From NCBI GenBank assembly GCA_951406725.2, contig OX597836.1:26908001-26972000 (forward strand): DNA of 64,000 bases, written 5' to 3'. A model generated the notes under the pieces. The model had not been told where the DNA came from. It saw only the letters and a list, made by a program, of their open reading frames with translations, and ran no database searches. Both the position numbers and the translations under genes were made by a program. The stretch comes from Octopus vulgaris (taxonomy: Eukaryota). Positions 38,636-50,260 of this stretch are shown here, piece after piece. Positions within the stretch are counted from its first letter, which is position 1. Each line of letters begins with the position of its first letter.

Positions 38636-39995
38636 TATTTAGGTCTTTTGTGACCATATTTCTGCTGAAATCCACTGCCTTTGTATCAACTAATTTTGAA
38701 AATAATAAAGAATGTATTGAAATGATTCTGTCATAATTAATCTGATATTTGGAAGACAAAATTAACATGGAATTTCAATGGCAAGATTTCATTTATACTA
38801 TTTTAAAACAGGGAGTTTGTATCATAGAATTAGGGGTGGTCATGGGCAGATTGGTATCAAAAGGGTTGAACTTTTAGGGATTAGTGAATTGGCAGAGTTG
38901 TTGCAGCATGGAATAAATTGTGTTGCAGTATTAATTCCAGCTTTCTAATCTACAGGTTCAAATACTGCACATGTGAATTTAGTCTTTCATCCTTCTGGGG
39001 TTGATAGGGAGTCTGTCTTCCTATGTGGTTGATTCATTTTGCTCTTTGTCCCTTTTTTAGAAGAAATGGTTTGTGTTTTGAGGGAAAGGCTCCACCAGGT
39101 TTAAAAATGCTCAACACACACACACACCATATATCACAGTGGTGTTCCTACAACTCCATCAAAAGTTGGAGGAGCAATGCAAGGCAAGCTTTCAAGGTAA
39201 AATGCCTTTAAACTTACAAAAAACTCTTAAAGACTTGGTGCTTAGTTCTGGTTTCATGGCACAAACCAGATGAGAGTACACACGTTTTTGTTTGTAATAA
39301 GACAGAAATATGAAGATGATTAGTGGCTTTTAGCTATTCCAGGCCAGTGGGATTAATGTGGTGGATATTCTAGGTTAGATTATACTTAATTTAAACCAGC
39401 TGTTTCAATAGATTTACAAAACCAGCCAACCTCATTCAAGGTGAGGAAATAAAATAAAGAGATGTGAATTTATAACTATTGTAAGAATTGTCTTGCTATT
39501 GTTTGGGGCCTGCAAGAACAAAATTAATTAGGGAAGGAATTCCTAAGAACTGAAGTACCAAGAAACAAGGATTGAATGAAGTGAACTAACTGCAACAGAA
39601 GAAACAGAGTGACTTTAGATAAGATGTTGGTCTATCACAGACAACAAATAGAGTAGTGGTGGCCCTTATTCTAAATATATATTTCTTTACTATCCACAAG
39701 GGGCTAAACATAGAGAGGACAAACAGGGACAGACAAAGGGATTAAGTCGATTACATCGACCCAGTGCGAAACTGGTACTCTATTTATCGACCCCGAGAGG
39801 ATGAAAGGCAAAGTCGTGGTGACGTTAATGGCTCTCTCAATCTCAAAAGCTAACTTATACATGAAATTACATGGTGCCCATCGACAATGAGAACGGAGTC
39901 TTATGTCCAATTTACAGCTGAAGATTACATCATACTTCACAACACTTGCCACCTACACCCATCAAAACACACAGAATTGTAAGAATTACACTCAC

Positions 39996-40052
39996 CGTCT
40001 TCGGTCGTTTTAGAGCGGCTGACTTCCCACAAAGGTTACACTTTCGTGGCAT
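39996..40052 (-). CDS. CTU1: CTU1 (cytoplasmic tRNA 2-thiolation protein 1, NCS6/ATPBD3) coding exon 1 of 15 (MPRKCNLCGKSAALKRPKT)
   Basis: ATG at 40052; N-terminal CxxC and A.LKRPKT typical of Ncs6; donor GTGAG at 39995, phase 0. Confidence 0.93.
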
Positions 40053-40179
40053 CTTTCTTTCCCAACGTTCTTTCGTTAATTACTCAAAATACAAGACAAA
40101 TATTGAAATTAATTAGCGACTAAACAACTTTCTCGGTGTTTACCGACGACACATGGTTAGTGATCATGAATCGGCGGTT

Positions 40180-40215
40180 CTGATTGGTTACACCTTCTAC
40201 ATTTCAACCAATAGC
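40180..40215. promoter_or_regulatory. CTU1 proximal promoter with two opposed CCAAT boxes
   Basis: ctgATTGGtt (40183-40187) and aaCCAATag (40208-40212), 130-160 nt upstream of the CTU1 ATG in a locally CpG-richer unique stretch. Confidence 0.55.
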
Positions 40216-41394
40216 TATAAATTTTATTAAAAGCACTATGCCAGGCGGTGTTATAAATATAGTATTCCCTTGTTGTAAAATATACCGGGTGAATTAGTTG
40301 TTAACGGGAATTGGGACATTATTTGGCATTGAGTAAGGCGGCGAGCTGGCAGAAACGTTAGCACGCCGGGCGAAATGCTTAGCGGTGTTTCATCTGCCGC
40401 TACGTTCTGAGTTCAAATTCCGCCGAGTTCTGAGTTCTAACGTTTCGTCAGCTCGCCAAGTAGTTTTTATATTTATTTTCACTTTAAATAAGTACAAAAA
40501 TTATTTTCTATTCTAGGCACAAGGCCCGAAATTTTGGGGAGTGGGCCCAGTACGTAACTGGTACTTAATTTATCGACCCCGAAAGGCAAAGTCTACCGCG
40601 GCGGAATTTGAACTACCGCTAAGCATTTCGCCCGGTGTGCTAACGTTTCTTATTTCTTTACTGCCCACAAGGGGCTACATACAGAGGGGACAAACAAGGA
40701 CAGACAAACGGATTAAGTCGATTATATCGATTCAAGTGCGTAACTGGTACTTATTTAATCGACCCAGGCGGAATTTGAACTCAGAACGTAGCGGCAGACG
40801 AAATACCTATTTTTTACTACCCACAAGGGGCTAAACACAGAGATGACAAACAAGGACAGAGAAACGGATTAAGTCGATTATATCGACCCCAGTGCGTAAC
40901 TGGTACTTATTTTATCGGCCCCAAAAGGATGAAAGGCAAAGTCGATCTCGGCGGAATTTGAACTCAGAACGTAAAGACAGACGAAATACCTATTTCTTTA
41001 CTACCCACAAAGGGCTAAACACAGAGGGGACAAACAAGGACAGACAAACGGATTAAGTTGATTACATCGACTCCAGTGCGTAACTAGCACTTATTTAATC
41101 GAAAGGATGAAGGGCAAAGTCGACCTCGGCAGAATTTGAACTCAGAATGTTACGGCAGACGAAATACTGCTAAGCATTTCGCCCGGCGTGCTTAACGGTT
41201 CTGCCAGCTCGCCGCCTTCAAAATAAGTACAAAAATTATAATAACTCTAAGTCTTTCACATAATAAAATTTACAAACATTATTATGAAAAAGTATCGTAA
41301 AATATTCATCATGATGAACGCATTCAAATAAAAATGTTTGAAACATCAGTTGATGAAGTCTACTGTTTAAGGGTTAATGAGATGACAAAAAATA

Positions 41395-43899
41395 TTTTTA
41401 AAAAAGCGTTTACATCCACATAATTAATACTATAAGTAATACTTTCGTCGCCATCGTGTTGCATAAATTAAAAAAACCCCTCCATTATTCTATTAAATAT
41501 GGTTAATTTCTCGTCTTTTCAATTTCCAACAGTCTCTCCCCCACCCTTATGAGAGACACGTATTCAGTAAAGGACAGGGTGTTCGTCAACTTATGCATTA
41601 AAAATGAAGGACGACACTTTCAACACCTCTTATAAAGTTTTTAAAGTCTTGTAAAGTCTAAAATATTCTTTTGTAGTCTTAAACCATCTTATAAGTATTT
41701 ATTTTGCAATAAAATACTGTGGAGAGACTTTTTGAACATCCTATATTATTAAGTAGTATAATGAAAACAAATTTAAGTACTGCAAATCGGGTAAACTCTA
41801 CACAACATTAAAGGACCACGAGCAAATTTATTGCTCAACGAAAATGTAATCTCATCAATCCAACTAATAACAAATTGAGTATGGTCAGAAAACATATCAA
41901 TTAGGCTATGTAAACTAAAACGTCAGATACACAACAAACTTCTCTCAGTAGAATTGCATAATTGGTTTAATAGGACAGAAGCAAGACACTTTATTTCACG
42001 TTGCACCAGTTCACTCAGCTGTAGAAATGAGTTGCGACGTCACGGGTGCCAAGCTGTATCGGCCCTTGCCTTTCCCTTGGATAACACAGATGGCGTGGAG
42101 AGGGGAGGCAGGTATGCATGGCGACTACTGGTCTTCCATAAAAAATCCCACCTTGCCCAGACTTGTGACTAGGAGGGTAACTTTCTAGGTGCAATCCCAT
42201 GGTCAGTGTCGTGACCGAAGGGAGTCCCAGTTCCCCAGGACAGAAAGCAAGTCTAATTATATACACACCCAGTTCGATATCGTAGAATACTATCCATCCA
42301 TTTGAAAAAGAAGAATAAAAAGCTTTTTCTGAAGTGTTAGAATTCGGAAAAGCATACGACCATCATTGACACTGATATAAATATAATCGTGAAGCAAGGA
42401 AGTCGTTATTTATTTTCTGACGGCTTTTTCATCAAGAAATGCCGAAACATACAATCCGATGTATCAATGGGTAACGATGACAGGGCAGAGATATCCAATT
42501 TAGTCGAATTTCACAATTAACCCATATTTAAATATAGGCGGCGAGCTGGCAGAAACGTCACCACGCTGGCCGACATGCGTAGCCGTATTTCGTCTGCCGT
42601 TACGTTCTGGGTTCAAATTCCGCCGAGGTTGACTTTGCCTTTCATCCTTTCGGGGGTCGATAAATTAAGTACCAGTTATGCACTGGGGTCGATGTAATCG
42701 ACTTAATCCGTTTGTCTGTCCTTGTTTGTCCCCTCTATGTTTAGCCCCTTGTGGGTAGTAAAGAAATATATATTTAAATATAGGATACAACCCGCCAACA
42801 GAAGCTGAAGGACTAGCTGTATTCTATAATATGAATGGATATACTTGGAAAAAGAATCCCTTAAAACTAATCAATATTTTCGAAGAAACTCAATGCAAAG
42901 TTCTCGTTCACAGTTATAAACGAAGGATAGTAAATAATCTTATAATAATTCTGTTAGTTCCTCCGTTATTTTGCCCGTCTGTAACGCTTACACGTGATTA
43001 GTTGAAAGGGATGGGAGGGAGAGGGTATGGTAGGGAAGGGGAGTAAAGTGATAGGGGAGGGAGAAGTGGTGGTGAGTAAAATGTGTAATTATTTTTAGCT
43101 AAGTTTTGTTTCTCCGTTATTTAGCCCGTTTAGATGATTAGTTTAGCGATTAGTTGAAGAGAAAGGCGGAGAGAGCAAGAAAAAGGGGAAAAAGAGGATA
43201 AGGTGAGAGAGAAAGAGGGAGAATGCTGTGTATAAAGTCTATAAAATTGTGCATAAAGTATATAAAGTGTATGCATAAAGTACATTAAATAATCATTGTA
43301 TTCCAATTTCCTTCACTTTTCAATGATTAGCAAATGAGCAATTATCTTTTGATACAGACACAACACAGGCTACACTTTCAGGTCATTTGGCTAAAGTTTT
43401 CAGAAATGACCCAATAAGTTTGCCGTTTCATCAGTTTGGAACCCCTATCTTGCTCAGAACATTGACCTCCTGGAATCTGTTCAGAGACGTGCAACCAAAC
43501 GCATACCCTCCATCAGACACCTACCATACTCTGAGCGCCTTGTTTCCCTGGGCATGGATTCACTGAAGCTCCGGCGTCTGGCGATGGACTTGGTAAACAC
43601 CCACAAAGTTATCAACCACCTCACCAACAACAACACTGAACACCTTTTTGATCTTCATGTGTCTAACACACGTGGACATGCCTACAAAGTCAAAAAACAA
43701 CACAGCTCCCATGACTTTCGGAAACATTTTTTCACGCTCAGAGTTGCTGAAGCATGGAACAAACTGCCTGCGTCAGTGGTTGACTGCCATGACACTGCAT
43801 CCTTTAAGGCCCTCATGCTTTCCGAAATCCGCCGAAACTACACCTGATTATACATACACTTTAGATGAGTTGTAATGCACCTGAGCACTGTACACAATG

Positions 43900-43943
<44 letters not shown>

Positions 43944-44297
43944 TCCGTGAAATATTCACGGGTCCTGCTGAGACTGTAAGACTGTGGAATACTTGTTTGC
44001 CATCCAAAAGCACACAAAGACTGTTAACTCCACTTAAACATTTATTATTTGTTATTTGGCGTCAAAATTCTCGTCGCACCAACTGCGACCTGGTCACTGA
44101 CATGATTCCACTGCAGTTGACACGCCGAAAATTTTGACACCATATAATTAGTGTTTCAGTGAAGTTAACCGCCATCGTTAAGATAATGTAGTTCTAGCCT
44201 TACTGTGCCTAGGAGAAAGATCTGGTGGCCACCACCGTTGGTATTACTTTTGATATGAGTTCTACTAACCAAAAATTATTATTATTATTATTATTAC

Positions 44298-44334
<37 letters not shown>

Positions 44335-44636
44335 GCTATTATTATTTCTTAGATACAGATTTTGAAAATTGGTGAAGTCTCAGACTTTTACAAGACTTGC
44401 AAAAACTTTATAAGAGGTGTTGAAAGTGTCGTCCTTCATTTTTAATGCATAAGTTGACGAACAGCCTGTCCTTTACTGAATACGTGTCTCTCATAGGGGT
44501 GGGGGAGAGACTGTTGGAATTGAAATGACGAGAAATTAACCATATTGGTGGACTTTTTAATTTATGCAACACGATGGCGAAGAAAGTATTACTAGTAGTA
44601 TTAATTATGTGGATGTAAACGCTTTTTAAAAAATTT
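41395..44636. repeat. inverted repeat pair of about 260 bp (41395-41660 and 44382-44636)
   Basis: The left arm (aaaaagcgtttacatccacataattaatac...caacacctcttataaagttt) is matched in reverse complement by the right arm (aaactttataagaggtgttg...gtattaattatgtggatgtaaacgcttttt). Confidence 0.9.
43432..43940 (+). mobile_element. CR1/L2-group LINE 3' end; shorter antisense copy at about 26955-27160
   Basis: WNPYLAQNIDLLESVQRRATK.IP.IRHLPYSERL..LGMDSLKLRR...TRGH.YK...RKHFFTLRV..AWNKLP; (TTA)n tail. Confidence 0.88.
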
Positions 44637-45452
44637 AAACAAAAACAACAACAGCAACAACAACTACAGCAATAACACCTGATCCTTGCCTGCCTTTGGC
44701 GATGTGTATTCTTCACTCCGATGATGCCAACAATGGCGGCAGAGTGACCGCTGCTGCCTCACTCCACCTCAACCTCTTGGCTTCCGGTTCCCTTTCCGTC
44801 CGCATTTTTCCTGTGGACGTTAAACCACTAGATGTCTCTCATTGGTCGTCGGTCAATTCCTCTTGACCACAAGGATGGACAACAGTCGTTATGGGATGGA
44901 TGCTATCTTAACTAATTAATTCCGAACTAATTAACCAGAGGCAAATAACATGCGCACGAGCTTAAATACACACGCACAGACACCACCCTTTCGCCTTGAA
45001 AAAAAAAACCCACACCACCACCACAGCTGCCAAGAAAACGCTACCGCCACCAACAGCATCATCATCAGCAGCCTACATTCAACAGCTTCCAGCTTTTGGT
45101 TAAGCATTTAAAATTCTTCGTCGCTTCCTTCAATCCATGTCACTATCAGCACGATGATGATGATGATGATGATGATGATAATTATGATGATAATGATGTT
45201 TGTGGTCGTGATTATGCTGTTAATGATTGCGCTGATGGTGGGGGTGTTGGTGTTGGTGGCGGTGGCGGTGGTAGCGATAACGAAGGCGATATCTCGATGG
45301 TTGATGAAGAATCTAAGTAGGGTAACAACATATCCTAAACCTTCCTCTCCTAGGCATCTAATATCCTCGACCAGAAATTTTTTTTTCTTAATTATCAGTG
45401 CCTAATTGAGATTTAAAAAACAAAACAAAATAAAAATCAAATTTCTCTAGAC

Positions 45453-45552
<100 letters not shown>

Positions 45553-46804
45553 AATGGTTATCCAGATGTTCAATGTCAGTTGTCTGGTGTAATTAATTGC
45601 TCCACCTCAGAGTAAGACAATGTTAACAGAAGTGAGTGGGACGAGGTGCACAGATCGGCTAAAAATAACTCAACCAATCCAGATTTCCTTCTCAGATCAC
45701 CACCACCACCATCATCGTCATTTAACATCCGTTTTCCATGCTGGCATAGGTCGGACGATTTGACAGGAGCTGGTGAGCCAGAGGACTGTGCCGAGCTCCA
45801 ACGTCTGCTTTGGTATGGTTTCTTACAGCTGGACGCCCTTCCTAAAACTAATCGCTTCACAGAGTCTACTGGGTACTGGGTGCCTTTTAAGTGGCACCGG
45901 CATTAGTGAGGTCACAAAGTCACTTGCAAGGCAAGACCTCTGAACCGAACGAGGAGTAGTAGTGAGAGAAGTGGTTTTGTGTCAGGTTATAAGAGGTTAA
46001 AGTATGAATTAAAGGACAGAAACAAGTGTTTTGTAGCAGAGACAATAACAACAAAAAAACCCCGTAAGTTATGGCCCCTAATCTTTGTAACTCTTTTTCT
46101 AGTAGTTAAAAAGAAAAAAGAAAATAAGGGAAATTAAAATAATTCTTTGCCCTATAGGCACAAAGTCGGAAATTTTAGGGGAGGAGTCTAATCGATTACA
46201 TCGACCCCAGTGCGACACTGGTACTTATTTTATCGGTTCTTTTTGCTGAACTGCTAAGTTATGGGGACGGACGTAAACACACCAGCATCAGTTGTCAAGC
46301 GGTAGTGGGACACACAGACACACACACACACATACGACAGGCTTCTTTCAGTCGGCCCGAGGCTATAGTAGAAGACACTTGCCCAAGGTGCCACGCGGTG
46401 GGATTGAACCCGGAGCTAAGTGGTTGGGAAGCAAGCTACTTACCACACGTTTACATCTGATCTTAAAAAAAGCATTTAAAAAAGAAAGAAAGAAAATGAT
46501 TTACAAAATTTTCTTAGTTCGAACAGCACCGTCTTCAGGCACGAGCACACTGGGCCACGCGGGTCTTGGGGCCCAATTCTGAGCACCGGGGACCACACAG
46601 GTCTAGGGGCCCAATTCTGATGTATGTTGAAATTTGCAATGAATAAAAGCAATATAGGACACAGTGCAATGATTTGCCCTGAGAAGTCTCCCTTACTGCT
46701 AAGGCGGTCTTTAGTTCGATACTTCGGTGAGTATTTATCGAAAATATTTGCTATAAGTTAAATGAATTGCTTTGCGATTTTAACTTTGACCTCCAGAGTA
46801 TCTA

Positions 46805-46833
46805 ACTCGGGCAACGCCGGGTATTTCAGCTAG
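46805..46833 (+). mobile_element. Helitron 3' terminus (5' boundary not resolved)
   Basis: ctcgggcaacgccgggtatttcagCTAGt, the same hairpin-plus-CTAG end seen at 59627 and 61942. Confidence 0.65.
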
Positions 46834-46879
46834 TGTGCGTGTGTGTGTGTGTAATGCGTAATCACTGCACATATGTGTA

Positions 46880-47066
46880 GATATATATGTATGTATGTCG
46901 TTATTCAGTTTATTTCAAGATTTCTTGCCAACAGAGAAAGAACCGGTTTGTTCATTCGAATTTCAACATCAACAACAGGGTATTTTTATTTGTATGTATG
47001 TATGTATGTATGTATGTATGTATGTATGTATGTATGTATGTATGTATGTATGCATGCATGTATGTA

Positions 47067-47101
<35 letters not shown>

Positions 47102-47584
47102 ATGTATGTATGTATGTATGTATGTATGTATGTATGTATGTATGCGTGCAGATTTATTTGCTTTGTGTATATATTCTCATGCATATAGTTGCATATCAAT
47201 GGGTAACGCTTCCACATGATAGCTGCATATCTAGACATGACTAGACATACCCTAGGAATGAGAATCCAGGTTCGAAATTTCCCGAAGACACCTGATGAAG
47301 GCTAGAGGGTATATCAGCCGAAACGTTGTGTTAAGAACAAACAAGATGAGGACAAATATGTGTGATGTGTATAACTTCACGTGTAGGTGTGTGTGTGTGT
47401 GTATTGCGTATAACTGCACATGTATTTGTGTGAGTAATGCGTGTTAACGGCACGTACGTGTGTGCGCGCGTGCGTGTGTGTGTGTGTGTGTGTACTTGTG
47501 TATTGATGCATGCGTGTGGAGAAAAACGCATGAATTTATTAATATATTCTTACACAACGTGCTGAAGGTACACTCACCCCTACA

Positions 47585-47620
<36 letters not shown>

Positions 47621-49372
47621 TGTACGTGTGTGTGTGTGTGTGTGTGGGTATGTGTGTACATGTGTGTGTGTGTTTGTGTGTGTGTGTGTTTGTGTGTGTG
47701 TGCACATGTGTATTGATGCATGCGTGTGGACAAAAACGCATGAATTTATTAATATATTCTTACACAACGTGCTGAAAGTACATTCACCCCTACATGTTTG
47801 TGTGTGTGTGCGTGTGTGTATGTGTACGTGTGTGTGTGTGTATGTGTGTGTACGTGTGTGTATGTGTGAACGTGTGTGTGTGTGGGTATGTGTGTACGCG
47901 CGTACGTGTGTGTGTGTGTTTGTGCTGAAAAATTCTGTGTTTACGTCACTCTGTCACAATCTCTCTCTCTCACCTCCACAAAGCCACATTAGACCGCTAA
48001 CTCGTAATCATAGCTGAGCGAGCAAAACAAGAAACACAATATGCCAGATAACCCAGAAAAGAACTGTCGTTCGGTGAACCCAAGCTGGAGTTTCCCTAAT
48101 TAGCAAATTGCTGTGAGAGATCTTTCTCGCTCTGACTAATGAGAACGCACATTGGTTTCAGGTGGAAGTTACACTAATATCAACGTCAACAGGGGTATCG
48201 TGTGCAGTAAGCAACAGGCAGCCGCGTGGTGAAGGATATGGTCACGCGTATATATATAAAAATGGAACAAAAACGCAATAGATGCAATAAAACATTCGGA
48301 CAGAAAGACGATACAAAGGCGGACAGGAGAATCAACAATTAGAAGGACAGGCAGAAAAAAGACGGGTCATTCGTAGCCTTTTTTCCTCAGTCAAGCTACT
48401 AGAAGTCCTCACTGTTTCGGGCAGTTATATATATATATATATACATATATATCTGTCTGTTGTCTACACCACCTGTCTTCGTCTTTTGTTTTTTGTGTGA
48501 ATTCTCCCTATATATATATATATATATGCACATATACACATGCGAATGCGCACATAGATACACATGCGTATGCGCACATAGATACTCATACGCACATTTA
48601 TATACATACATGCACGCACGCGCACATGTATATATATATATATATACATAGGCACACGCTCACATACACACACACACATACACATGCAAACACACACACA
48701 CGCACATGCACAAGCACACGCACAGACATACATACTTGCTCAAACAAGCACGCATACGAGCACACACACACACACACACATACATGCAAACGCACACACA
48801 CACACATGCACGTACAGAAAAAATATTGAAAATTTTGGTATACAGTGTACCTTCACCGTATCGCGGTCACCTATCACGCACTCAGTACGTCGCGAATTTT
48901 TGTGGTTAACATATGTAAATTTATATCGCGGGCTTCTGCGGCCGATAGGTATTTATATTTTTTTTAGATTTTAATTATTTCTGTGGGAGATTTTGGAACG
49001 TAATACCCACGATAGTCGACGGATTACTGTATTTTTGACCTCATGTCACGCATGTTTCATTACAAGACAAGAATTACTTTTTAAATCTATGTCTGAAGAA
49101 TTACTGGAAGGAGATACTATGCATCTTTTGTCTTTCATTTGTTTCAGTCATTTGACATAAACACACCAACGCTAGGTGTCAAGCGGTTGGTGGGTGGGCA
49201 GGACAAACAGACAGACACACACAAACACAAGCACATAGATATATATATATATGTATGTATGTCGTTATTCAGTTTATTTCAAGATTTCTTGCCAACAGAG
49301 AAAGAACCGGTTTGTTCATTCGAATTTCAACATCAACAACAGGGTATTTTTATTTGTATGTATGTATGTATG

Positions 49373-49406
<34 letters not shown>

Positions 49407-49690
49407 TGTATGTATGTATGTATGTATGTATGTATGTATGTATGTATGCATGCATGCATGTATGTATGTATACGTGCAGATTTATATGTTTTATGTATGT
49501 ATTCTCATGCATATAGCTGCATATCAATGGGTAACGCTTCCACATGATAGTTGCATATCTAGACATACTTTAGGAATGAGAATCCAGGCTCGAAATTTCC
49601 CGAAGGCTGGAGGGTATTTTAGCCAAAACGTTGTGTTAAAAACAAACAAGATGAGGACAAATATCCGTCAACTGTAAACAATGTAAATAA
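46880..49690 (+). repeat. direct repeat pair of about 450 bp (46880-47360 and 49250-49690), each ending in a hammerhead-family segment
   Basis: Both copies share gtcgttattcagtttatttcaagatttcttgccaacagagaaagaaccgg, a (TATG)n tract, gcatatcaatgggtaacgcttccacatg and taggaatgagaatccagg. Confidence 0.9.
47287..47332 (+). ncRNA. minimal type I hammerhead ribozyme motif (Penelope/retrozyme type)
   Basis: gacac-CTGATGA-a-ggcta[gagggtatat]cagcc-GAAAC-GTT^gtgtt: stem I gacac/gtgtt, stem II ggct/agcc, loopless palindromic stem III (AACGTT), NUH = GUU. Confidence 0.75.
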
Positions 49691-49739
49691 TGTAAATAAT
49701 GTTCAAGTACCTTGGTGCTTGATGGAAAGTAGTGAAATG

Positions 49740-50260
49740 ACATTGCCATTTGGAAGGCACTTGCTAAGTGTGCTTGTCACAAACTGCGTAAAATCTGGAG
49801 CTCTGAGATGGCATATAAATTGTAAATTAGGTTGTGTTTCTCCAAGGTAGAATCAGTTTTGTTATACGGTGCTGAAACATGGACCTACACCGAAAGGCTT
49901 GAAAAACAAATAAACGACTGCTGCACAAGAATGATAAGAATGGCTCTGGAGAGCTCCTTTAACCAATGAGCAGCTTTATCAAGATTTCCCCAAAGTGAAT
50001 GAGAAGATTTAGCAGAGAAGAATGAGAATTGCTGATCACTGCGTCAGGCAACCGGAAGAACCAGTGCGTCAACTGGTCTTATGGCAGACAGTTGAGGAGA
50101 GAATCAACAAGGGAAGAAAACGTCTAACCTTTGCAGATAATTTGCTTCAGGACAGTGGAATTGCAAATGTCGACGAATTAAGAACATGCCTGGGGGACTG
50201 TGATGGATAGTGTGCACGTGTGAAATCATTGAAGCGTCTGAGAAGACGGTCAAACTAAAC
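49740..50260 (+). mobile_element. decayed RTE-like LINE ORF2 C-terminal fragment
   Basis: VESVLLYGAETWT...CTRMIRMAL...RRMRIADHCVR.PEEP..QLVLWQ...KGRKRLTF.DNLLQDSG. Confidence 0.75.

Noticed and set aside
43007-43045. G-quadruplex-capable tract (GGGG-GGG-GGG-GGG)
   Set aside because: It is part of a low-complexity purine-rich stretch with no functional context visible.
45096-45405. Asp/Gly-rich and poly-Met ORFs
   Set aside because: They derive from (GAT)n and (GGT)n simple repeats, with no splice context or recognisable domain.
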